Assembly (NCBI GenBank): GCA_947457085.1
Contig: CANGUS010000001.1
Location: 1-32,950, forward strand
Length of the DNA: 32,950 nt
Reading direction: 5' to 3'
Source: Bacteroidota bacterium
GTDB taxonomy: Bacteria > Bacteroidota > Bacteroidia > Chitinophagales > Chitinophagaceae
A program made the translations under genes and the position numbers. The notes below the pieces were generated by a model. The model made no database searches. It was not told the origin of the DNA and worked only from the letters and a program-made list of their open reading frames with translations. Of this stretch, positions 25,656 to 32,950 are shown in pieces; position 1 is the stretch's first letter, and each line of letters opens with the position of its first letter.

Positions 25656-27362
25656 ATGGCAAGCAAAAAGTATCTATTAATGGCAGGATTTATAACCTTG
25701 CTTTCAGCCTTTCAAAGTAAGGCCCAGGAAAACTTAGGAATGTACAAAGGAGCAGGATATGATATCACAGATTCTACTTTAATTCCTGTTAAAAGACAAC
25801 CACAACAAACAGATTTTAAAAATGGACAATATGATTTTCCAGCAATGCCTCGTAATCAATGGGAAATTGGAATTTCAGGAGGTATGTTAAATGTTTCAGG
25901 AGATGTTCGTTCTAAAACAATATTCAATCGTGCTAAAAAACCGATGAACACGTTAGGATGGGGATTGTCTGTAAGAAAAGCATGGGGATATGTTATTTCA
26001 ACAAGATTGCAGTTCATGCATGGTAGTGCTTCTGGATATAACTGGCAAGCATCACAAGCATATTGGGGACATGGTGGAAATCCAATATATGAAGGATACG
26101 GAAGTCCAACTACAGTTATCCCAGCTGTATACAATAATTACACAACTACAATTAATCAATTGTCTTTAGATGTTATGGCATCATTAAATAATATCAGATA
26201 TCATAAAGCTAAAAATAAAACAAGCTTTTACGCTTTATTGGGAGCTGGTTTAATGACATATAACACCAGAGTAGATATCAAAAAAGCAAATGGCGTAATG
26301 TATTCTGCAGCTGATTATGCAACAGCAACTGCAGGTATCACAAATCCTGGTTATTCTGATAGAAAGGAAATTAATAAAAACTTAAATAGCTTGTTTGATG
26401 GTGATTATGAAACGCAAGCTGAAAGTCATAAAAACAGAATAAGCGTTTTAAATGGAACTTTACGTCCTGTTCTTTCAACTGGGTTCGGTGTTCAATTTAA
26501 ATTAAGCAAAATGATAACACTACAAATCGAAGATAGATTGACTCTTACGATGGATGATTTAATAGACGGTCAACGTTGGCAAGAATTGCCTTCTAGTACA
26601 GTTGGATTAGTATCTTCTTCTATGACTAGAGACTATGATAACTTAAACTTTTTCTCAGTAGGTTTAAATGTAAATTTAGGTGCTCATGCTGTTGAACCAT
26701 TGTGGTGGCACAACCCGAATGACTACTCTTACAATGCACTTAAAAATTCAAAAGCTCCTCAAGACAGCAAATGTGATAAAGATGCTGATGGAGATGGTAT
26801 TTCTGATTGTTTCGATCGTTGTCCAAACACACCAGGCGGTGTTTCTGTAGATTCTCATGGTTGTCCATTTGACACAGATGGTGATGGTGTTGCTGATTAC
26901 AAAGACAAACAATTAATTACTCCTACTGAGTGTCAACCAGTAGATGCTGATGGTGTAGGAAAATGTCCAGAACCTGCATGTTGTACTGGAATCGTTAATA
27001 CTACAGGATGTAGTGCTATTGCAGCTGGTTCAGTTGAATTTAGCTCTGGTTCTGCAAAATTAAGCTCAAGTTCAATGGCTCAATTAAATACTTTAGCAGG
27101 CTCTATGCGTTCAAATCCAAATTGCAAAACAGTAGTAATTGGAAATGGTTCTGGTAGCAAAATTGAACAACAACGTTCTTGGGATAGAGTTAACTCTGTA
27201 ATTAATTACATGGTTGACAAGCAAGGAATTGATAGAGAAAGATTTATTTTCCAATATGGTAACAATGGAAATGCTAATTCTGTTGATTATCGTTCAGCAG
27301 GAAATGGTGAAGAAGGTCCTTCAAACACACCTCCTCCATTCCCTAACTTGAGAAAAAACTAA
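25656..27362 (+). CDS. OmpA-family outer membrane protein with thrombospondin type-3 repeats (paralog 2, likely the highly expressed copy)
   Basis: 568 aa, colinear with paralog 1: same Cys positions, TSP3 repeats DKDADGDGISDCFDRC and DTDGDGVADYKDKQ, the same C-terminal tail EGPSNTPPPFPNLRKN. Arg codons are restricted to CGT/AGA, and a strong terminator follows. Confidence 0.92.
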   Translation: MASKKYLLMAGFITLLSAFQSKAQENLGMYKGAGYDITDSTLIPVKRQPQQTDFKNGQYDFPAMPRNQWEIGISGGMLNVSGDVRSKTIFNRAKKPMNTLGWGLSVRKAWGYVISTRLQFMHGSASGYNWQASQAYWGHGGNPIYEGYGSPTTVIPAVYNNYTTTINQLSLDVMASLNNIRYHKAKNKTSFYALLGAGLMTYNTRVDIKKANGVMYSAADYATATAGITNPGYSDRKEINKNLNSLFDGDYETQAESHKNRISVLNGTLRPVLSTGFGVQFKLSKMITLQIEDRLTLTMDDLIDGQRWQELPSSTVGLVSSSMTRDYDNLNFFSVGLNVNLGAHAVEPLWWHNPNDYSYNALKNSKAPQDSKCDKDADGDGISDCFDRCPNTPGGVSVDSHGCPFDTDGDGVADYKDKQLITPTECQPVDADGVGKCPEPACCTGIVNTTGCSAIAAGSVEFSSGSAKLSSSSMAQLNTLAGSMRSNPNCKTVVIGNGSGSKIEQQRSWDRVNSVINYMVDKQGIDRERFIFQYGNNGNANSVDYRSAGNGEEGPSNTPPPFPNLRKN

Positions 27363-27383
27363 TACTTTTTGCAAAATAAAAAT

Positions 27384-27415
27384 AAAAAAAGTCCCGAGAA
27401 ATCGGGACTTTTTTT
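27384..27415 (+). terminator. rho-independent terminator after OmpA paralog 2
   Basis: Stem AGTCCCGA (27390-27397) / TCGGGACT (27402-27409) with a GAAA loop. Flanked by an A-run upstream and a T-run downstream. Confidence 0.85.
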
Positions 27416-27618
27416 ATGTAAATAATCAATGTCAAAATACTACCTTTACAATTAAAATTTCATAAAATTACAGCTTTAAAGTAGACCTATTTAGAGAGAG
27501 CATACAATGGTTTCATAATATATGGGTTGAATGAAAAAATATAGATCATGTTGTAAAAAACAAAAGAAGTTTATAAATAATAGTATAATATTTAATATCA
27601 AAAAATCAGGAATATACA

Positions 27619-28782
27619 GTGAACATAGGAATAATAGGAAGCGGAACAATGGGAGCAGGAATAGCTCAAGTTGCAGCACAAAATGGCAATCAAGTTATCG
27701 TGATTGATACTAATTTAGAGGCATTAGAAAAAGCTAAAAAAGGGATCGAGTCAACACTGCAAAAATTAGTTGACAAACAAAAAATAACGACTGAAAAAAG
27801 TGTTGAAATTTCAAATGCAATCACTTGGGATAATCATTTTGAGGTGCTTAAAAACTGTGATTTAATTATCGAAGCTATTGTTGAAAATTTGACAATAAAA
27901 CAAAATCTTTTTGCAGCGTTAGAAGCCATCGTTTCGGATGAATGTATTCTTGCAACCAATACATCTTCACTTTCTATTACGTCGATTGCGGCTATTTGCA
28001 AAAAGCCTGAGAGAGTGATTGGGATTCATTTCTTTAATCCAGCACCTGTAATGGAATTGGTTGAAATTGTACCTGCATTACAAACAAGTGTTGAAGTAAC
28101 CAGTAAAGCAATTTCTATCATTGATAGCTGGAACAAAAAAACGGTGACTGCTAAAGATACACCGGGTTTTATTGTTAATCGAATCGCTCGTCCTTTTTAC
28201 AGTGAAGCCATTCGAATTTATGAAGAAGGCATGGCAAGTATAGAAACGATTGATTATGCAATGAAAACGATTGGAGGATTTAAAATGGGCCCGTTTGAGT
28301 TAATGGATTTAATAGGTCATGATGTGAATTATATGGTTACAGAAACTGTTTGGACTTCTTTTTATTTTGATCCAAGATATACGCCATCTTTTACACAAAA
28401 AAGATTAGTAGAAGCGAAGTGGTTTGGTAAAAAATCGGGTAGGGGTTTTTATAATTATGCTGAAGGAGCTGTAAAAAATAATCCTGAATCCAGTGATGCA
28501 GTTTTATTAGAGAATATATTTATTAGAATTTTAGTGATGTTACTAAACGAGGCAGCCAACGCCCTCTATTTGAACATAGCGAACAAAGAAGATATTGATT
28601 TAGCCATGACCAAAGGTGTAAATTATCCTAAAGGTTTATTGAAATGGGCAGATGAAATAGGAATTAGTAATTGTATGGATATATTAGATACTTTGTATGA
28701 CGAATACCGTGAAGACCGTTATCGCTGTAGTCCAATATTGCGCCGAATGGCAAATTTTGAAGAAGTATTTTATACAAATTAA
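27619..28782 (+). CDS. 3-hydroxyacyl-CoA / 3-hydroxybutyryl-CoA dehydrogenase (PaaH-like, with extended C-terminal domain)
   Basis: 387 aa. GTG start immediately before the Rossmann motif IGIIGSGTMGAGIAQ. Also NTSSLSIT, HFFNPAPVMELVE and PGFIVNRI blocks, plus an extra C-terminal dimerisation-type domain. Confidence 0.9.
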   Translation: MNIGIIGSGTMGAGIAQVAAQNGNQVIVIDTNLEALEKAKKGIESTLQKLVDKQKITTEKSVEISNAITWDNHFEVLKNCDLIIEAIVENLTIKQNLFAALEAIVSDECILATNTSSLSITSIAAICKKPERVIGIHFFNPAPVMELVEIVPALQTSVEVTSKAISIIDSWNKKTVTAKDTPGFIVNRIARPFYSEAIRIYEEGMASIETIDYAMKTIGGFKMGPFELMDLIGHDVNYMVTETVWTSFYFDPRYTPSFTQKRLVEAKWFGKKSGRGFYNYAEGAVKNNPESSDAVLLENIFIRILVMLLNEAANALYLNIANKEDIDLAMTKGVNYPKGLLKWADEIGISNCMDILDTLYDEYREDRYRCSPILRRMANFEEVFYTN

Positions 28783-28787
28783 TTGAC

Positions 28788-29381
28788 ATGTTTTACGAAT
28801 ATAAAGGGATAAAACCGATTGTACATGAAAGTGCATATGTACATCCACAAGCTGTAGTTACTGGAAATGTTATCATTGGAAAAAATGTATATATTGGTCC
28901 ATGTGCTACGATTCGAGGCGATTTCGGAAAAATTATTATAGAAGATGGTTGCAATGTTCAAGAAAATTGCAATATTCATATGTTTCCAGGAGTAACGGTT
29001 TTATTGAAAGAAAATGCACACATTGGTCATGGTGCCATCATACATGGAGCTACTATTGGTAAAAATTGTTTAGTAGGAATGAATGCTGTTATTATGGACG
29101 ATGTGATATTGGGAGATGAGTGCATTGTGGGTGCACTTAGTTTTGTCAAAGCGAAAGAAAACATCCCTGCTCGTAGTCTATTGGCAGGAAACCCTGCTAA
29201 AATAATCAAACAAGTGAGTGATGAAATGATTGGCTGGAAATCTGACGGAACAAGAATTTACCAACAGTTAGCTGTAGAATGTCATCATGTACTGAAAGCT
29301 TGTGAACCGCTTCGTGAGATGCCTAAAGACAGAAAAGAGTTAGAGACAACATATAAAACCTGGAATGATACAAAAAAATAA
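28788..29381 (+). CDS. paaY: phenylacetic acid degradation protein PaaY (hexapeptide-repeat / gamma-carbonic-anhydrase-like family)
   Basis: 197 aa, colinear by eye with E. coli PaaY: VHPQAVVTGNVIIGKNVYIGPCATIRGDFG..., HIGHGAIIHG, VGMNAVIMD, and the C-terminal EPLRE. It lies 5 nt downstream of the dehydrogenase gene. Confidence 0.85.
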   Translation: MFYEYKGIKPIVHESAYVHPQAVVTGNVIIGKNVYIGPCATIRGDFGKIIIEDGCNVQENCNIHMFPGVTVLLKENAHIGHGAIIHGATIGKNCLVGMNAVIMDDVILGDECIVGALSFVKAKENIPARSLLAGNPAKIIKQVSDEMIGWKSDGTRIYQQLAVECHHVLKACEPLREMPKDRKELETTYKTWNDTKK

Positions 29382-29392
29382 AAGAGCAGCAA

Positions 29393-30622
29393 TTATTTCA
29401 ACACTTCTAAACTCTTTGATATAATATTTACACATTCATCTAGTTCTGTTTGTGTAATTACTAATGGTGGTGCTAAACGGATTTTATCTCCATGAGTAGG
29501 TTTTGCTAATAAGCCATTTTGCATCATATTTACACATAAATCCCAAGCGGCATCTTTATTTTCATGTTTGATAACGATCGCATTTAATAGACCTTTTCCT
29601 CTTACTAAAGATATAAATGGACTATTTAAATTGCGAATTTGTGTTCTGAAATATTCACCTAATTTCTCTGCATTTTCACTCATGTTTTCATCTTTTAATA
29701 CCTGCAAAGCAGCGATGGCCACTTTACAAGCCAAAGGGTTTCCGCCATAAGTTGAGCCATGCTCTCCTGGTTTTATGTTCAACATGATTTCGTCATTACA
29801 AAGTACAGCACTAATTGGCAATACACCACCACTTAGCGCTTTTCCTAATATTAAAATGTCAGCCTTAATGTTTTCATGGTCAATAGCAAGCATTTTTCCT
29901 GTTCTAGCTAAACCAGTTTGAATTTCATCTGCAATAAAAAGTACATTAGCCGCTTTACACATTTCAAAGCAAGTTGCCAAGTAGCCTTCATCAGGAACTA
30001 CCACTCCTGCTTCACCTTGAATTGGTTCTACTAAAAATCCACAAACATTTTTATCTTTTAATGCAGTTGCTAAAGCTTGTACATTATTATATTCAATTGT
30101 TTCATAACCGGAAATGAATGGGCCAAAGCCAGTTTTTGAACTTTCATCCGTACTAAATGATATTACATTCACCGTGCGGCCATGAAAATTTTCTGAGCAA
30201 ACAATAATTTTTGCTTCATTAGCAGGAATGCCTTTTTTGTCATAACCCCATCTACGGGCTAATTTGATAGCAGTTTCAACAGCCTCAACACCAGAGTTCA
30301 TTGGCAATACTTTGTCATATCCAAAAAATTGAGTAATAAATTCAGCGTATTCACCTAGTAAATTACTATGAAAAGCTCTTGAAGTTAATGTTAAAATACT
30401 GGCTTGCTCAACTAAAGCATCAATAATTTTTGGATGGCAATGCCCTTGGTTAATTGCAGAATATCCACTTAAAAAATCGAAGTATTTTTTACCTTCAACA
30501 TCCCAAACATAAACACCTTTCCCTTTTGTAAGCATTACTGGTAAAGGGTGATAATTATGCGCATTGTATTTTTCTTCTCTCTCAATTAATTGTTGTGTTA
30601 ATGACATATTTATCGTTTGCAT
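29393..30622 (-). CDS. rocD: ornithine--oxo-acid aminotransferase
   Basis: [44 protein letters not shown] is the typical OAT N-terminal block of this class-III aminotransferase. Start set at Met8 of the track ORF (30622) because a TACCTTTG box lies 4 nt upstream. ATG 30607 is the alternative, and ATG 30643 lies upstream of the box. Confidence 0.9.
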   Translation of the reverse strand: MQTINMSLTQQLIEREEKYNAHNYHPLPVMLTKGKGVYVWDVEGKKYFDFLSGYSAINQGHCHPKIIDALVEQASILTLTSRAFHSNLLGEYAEFITQFFGYDKVLPMNSGVEAVETAIKLARRWGYDKKGIPANEAKIIVCSENFHGRTVNVISFSTDESSKTGFGPFISGYETIEYNNVQALATALKDKNVCGFLVEPIQGEAGVVVPDEGYLATCFEMCKAANVLFIADEIQTGLARTGKMLAIDHENIKADILILGKALSGGVLPISAVLCNDEIMLNIKPGEHGSTYGGNPLACKVAIAALQVLKDENMSENAEKLGEYFRTQIRNLNSPFISLVRGKGLLNAIVIKHENKDAAWDLCVNMMQNGLLAKPTHGDKIRLAPPLVITQTELDECVNIISKSLEVLK

Positions 30623-30626
30623 GTGG

Positions 30627-30634
30627 CAAAGGTA
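30627..30634 (-). promoter_or_regulatory. Bacteroidota -7 promoter box (TACCTTTG) for rocD
   Basis: The minus strand reads TACCTTTG-ccac-ATG (ATG at 30622-30620). Confidence 0.45.
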
Positions 30635-30818
30635 TTCAATCAATTACGAATTTCAAATTACCAATTAGGAAATCAATAAATCAAATTATAATTTCCTATA
30701 ACTTTCAATTATAGTAAAGGGTATTAAGTAAGATGTTAGATTTTATATTGTGAAAAATTGAAATAGAATATTGCCGTTAATATTTCGCAATTCATAATCC
30801 ATAATTCATATTTACATA

Positions 30819-30826
30819 TATATTTG
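30819..30826 (+). promoter_or_regulatory. Bacteroidota -7 promoter box (TATATTTG) for kup
   Basis: TATATTTG overlaps the track's TTG start (30824-30826), arguing that the real start is the in-frame GTG at 30848. Confidence 0.4.
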
Positions 30827-30847
30827 CTGATTCAAAATAAAAAAGTC

Positions 30848-32833
30848 GTGAGTTCACATTCCAAACTTAACAAAGTTTCAGCTGCCGGTATATTAATTGC
30901 TTTGGGCATTATTTATGGTGATATTGGCACTTCTCCTTTATATGTATTCAATGAGATTTTAAAAGGTAAAGTTGTCAGTGAATTATTAATCATTGGAGGA
31001 TTGTCTTGTATTATTTGGACACTTACTTTACAAACCACAATCAAATATGTTTTGTTCACACTCAAAGCAGACAATAAAGGAGAAGGAGGTATTTTTTCTT
31101 TATATGCTTTAGTAAGGCGACAAAAAAAATGGTTAGTAGTACCAGCATTGATTGGAGGTGCAGCTTTATTAGCTGATGGCATGATTACACCGCCAATTTC
31201 AGTTTCGTCAGCCATTGAAGGTTTAAGACAATTGCCTGCTTTTCATTCTGTACCTGAAAACACGATAGTTTGGATCGTTATTCTAATTATTTCATTGTTG
31301 TTTTTTGTGCAACAATTTGGTACAGCATCTATCGGTAAATTATTTGGTCCGATTATGTTACTTTGGTTTGCAATGTTGGCCGTATTAGGTTTATTACACA
31401 TTGGAGATGATATTCAAATTTTCAAAGCATTAAATCCTTATTATGCAATTAAAATTTTAACGGTTTATCCAAAAGGATTTTGGATTTTAGGCGCTGTTTT
31501 TTTATGTACAACAGGGGCAGAAGCTTTGTATTCGGATTTAGGACATTGTGGGAAAGGGAATATTCGATATAGTTGGGTATTTGTCAAATTTGCTTTAATC
31601 TTACAATACTTAGGGCAAGGAGCATGGTTGTTAGCCAATCACAAAGGCCACTTAATTACTGAAGAATTAATAAGCAATGGGTTTAATCCTTTTTATGGCG
31701 TGATGCCACAGCAATTTAAACTTGTCGGCTTGATAATTGCTACTTTAGCTGCTATTATTGCATCTCAAGCATTGATAAGTGGCTCGTTTACATTGATTAG
31801 TGAAAGTATGCGATTGAATCTTTGGCCTAAAATGAAAATTAATTATCCTACAGAAGCTAAGGGTCAATTGTATATTCCATCTATTAATTTGCTTTTGTAT
31901 GTTGGCTGTGTAGGCATTACACTATACTTTCGATCATCTTCAAATATGGCTGCAGCTTATGGATTGGCCATCACCTTGTGTATGTTGGCCACCTCCATTT
32001 TATTTGCCAATTTTTTAGTTTCACGAAGAGCAAAACCAGTTTTTGTTTACACCTATTTATTTGTTTATATAACGATTGAAATTAGTTTTTTAATTGCCAA
32101 TTTAGAAAAATTTCCTTTAGGGGGTTATGTAACTTTAATAGTAGGAGGGGTATTGTTTTGTGTAATGTATGTTTGGTTTCGCTCCCGAAAAATTAAAAAT
32201 CGCTATGTGGAATTTGTAAAAATTGAAGATCATATACATCAATTACAAGACTTAAGTAATGACAACAGCATCCCTAAATATGCTACCCACTTAGTTTATT
32301 TAACGAGTGCTAATAATCCTAAAGAAATTGAACACAAGATTATTTATTCTATATTAAATAAGAAGCCAAAACGAGCCGATTTATATTGGTTTATTCATGT
32401 AGATGTTGTAGACGAACCATACAAAACAGAATATGTTGTGGATACAATTATTCCAAATGAAATCATTCGAATTGAATTTAGATTAGGGTTTAGAGAAGAG
32501 CAAAGAATCAATTTAATGTTTAGAAAAGTAGTAGAGGATATGGTGAAAAACAAAGAAGTGAATATTACCAGTCGATATACCTCTTTGCAAAAAAATAAAG
32601 TGGCAGGGGATTGGCAATTTATTGTGATGGAGAAATTCTTATCGCACGATAATGATTTACCATTAATAGAACGACTGGTGATGAAATTCTATTTCATGAT
32701 TAAGAAATTCGGATTAAGTGAAGAAAAAGGATTTGGATTGGATAGTTCATATGTAACTGTTGAGAAGTATCCATTGGTAGTTTCTCCAGTTTCTAATTTA
32801 AATTTGAAACGTATCGAAAAAGATTCGATCTAA
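30848..32833 (+). CDS. kup: KUP/HAK/KT family potassium uptake transporter
   Basis: The GIIYGDIGTSPLYV signature sits near the N-terminus, followed by about 12 TM helices and a C-terminal cytoplasmic domain. A GTG 30848 start gives an N-terminal length typical of the family. The track ORF begins at TTG 30824. Confidence 0.9.
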   Translation: MSSHSKLNKVSAAGILIALGIIYGDIGTSPLYVFNEILKGKVVSELLIIGGLSCIIWTLTLQTTIKYVLFTLKADNKGEGGIFSLYALVRRQKKWLVVPALIGGAALLADGMITPPISVSSAIEGLRQLPAFHSVPENTIVWIVILIISLLFFVQQFGTASIGKLFGPIMLLWFAMLAVLGLLHIGDDIQIFKALNPYYAIKILTVYPKGFWILGAVFLCTTGAEALYSDLGHCGKGNIRYSWVFVKFALILQYLGQGAWLLANHKGHLITEELISNGFNPFYGVMPQQFKLVGLIIATLAAIIASQALISGSFTLISESMRLNLWPKMKINYPTEAKGQLYIPSINLLLYVGCVGITLYFRSSSNMAAAYGLAITLCMLATSILFANFLVSRRAKPVFVYTYLFVYITIEISFLIANLEKFPLGGYVTLIVGGVLFCVMYVWFRSRKIKNRYVEFVKIEDHIHQLQDLSNDNSIPKYATHLVYLTSANNPKEIEHKIIYSILNKKPKRADLYWFIHVDVVDEPYKTEYVVDTIIPNEIIRIEFRLGFREEQRINLMFRKVVEDMVKNKEVNITSRYTSLQKNKVAGDWQFIVMEKFLSHDNDLPLIERLVMKFYFMIKKFGLSEEKGFGLDSSYVTVEKYPLVVSPVSNLNLKRIEKDSI

Positions 32834-32839
32834 TTTCGA

Positions 32840-32950
32840 TTATAATTTTAAATAAAATTGTTTGAATAAGGTGTTTGTTCGATCTGTATAAGCACCTTTT
32901 TCTTTAATGGTTAAATTGTCTATAAAAAGCGCAGTTTTTTGAAATGAAAG
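32840..32950 (-). CDS. possible 3' end of a minus-strand CDS running off the window (product unknown)
   Basis: The minus-strand frame is open from the window edge for 36 codons (...LSFQKTALFIDNLTIKEKGAYTDRTNTLFKQFYLKL*) with its stop at 32842-32840, 6 nt from the kup stop. Too short to identify. Confidence 0.3.
   Translation of the reverse strand, partial: LSFQKTALFIDNLTIKEKGAYTDRTNTLFKQFYLKL

Noticed and set aside
27491-27679. A 62-aa minus-strand ORF spanning the dehydrogenase start region.
   Set aside because: Low-complexity Leu/Phe/Ile sequence overlapping the GTG start and Rossmann-fold codons of a well-supported gene, so most likely spurious.
30644-30823. Possible riboswitch (for example c-di-AMP/ydaO-type) or other leader element upstream of kup.
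   Set aside because: The spacer is extremely AT-rich with only short hairpins (AGGAAAT/ATTTCCT, CTATAA/TTATAG). The only TAnnTTTG box I found for kup (30819-30826) lies at its downstream edge, so most of the spacer would be untranscribed divergent promoter DNA.
1-32950. Accessory or mobile island, prophage or defence locus.
   Set aside because: No integrase, transposase, tRNA attachment site, long direct repeats, restriction-modification, toxin-antitoxin or nuclease/helicase/ATPase clusters of unknown function were seen. Gene content and composition look uniformly core.

Overview
AT-rich (about one-third G+C by eye) chromosomal segment with the hallmarks of a Bacteroidota genome: TAnnTTTG -7 promoter boxes, no Shine-Dalgarno sequences, a Bat-operon TPR/SH3 gene, DUF3857/transglutaminase-like exported proteins, OmpA-family proteins with thrombospondin type-3 repeats, and a long (1105 aa) SecA. 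About 24 tightly packed genes, mostly housekeeping or envelope functions. In order: end of a Bat-like operon, tsaE, a P1B heavy-metal ATPase, a futalosine-pathway radical-SAM enzyme, an exported glutathione peroxidase, an anchored hypothetical protein, a tandem DUF3857 pair (one with an intact transglutaminase-like Cys-His-Asp triad, one without), an LpxL-family acyltransferase, nadD, secA, a tetR-tolC-MFP-RND efflux operon, a polyprenyl diphosphate synthase, two tandem OmpA/TSP3 paralogs, a paaH-like dehydrogenase plus paaY, rocD and kup. I saw no rRNA, tRNA, CRISPR, transposase, integrase or recognisable defence or toxin genes, so I read this as core rather than accessory DNA. The one element the gene list does not explain lies in the 516-bp nadD-secA spacer. 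It is twelve degenerate repeats locked to an exact 21-bp period, each with an invariant TG(C/T)A core. One frame across them stays open for 114 codons yet has no ATG, GTG or TTG. The conservation pattern looks nucleotide-level rather than protein-level, and the function is unknown. Secondary observations: five genes have exactly 4 nt between a TAnnTTTG box and the start codon, suggesting leaderless mRNAs. A perfect 12+12 bp palindrome abuts the tetR promoter and is a likely operator. The OmpA paralogs differ in codon bias and lack the canonical peptidoglycan-binding Asp. The RND pump carries a hydrophobic insertion. All coordinates and motifs were read by eye, and no database search was possible.
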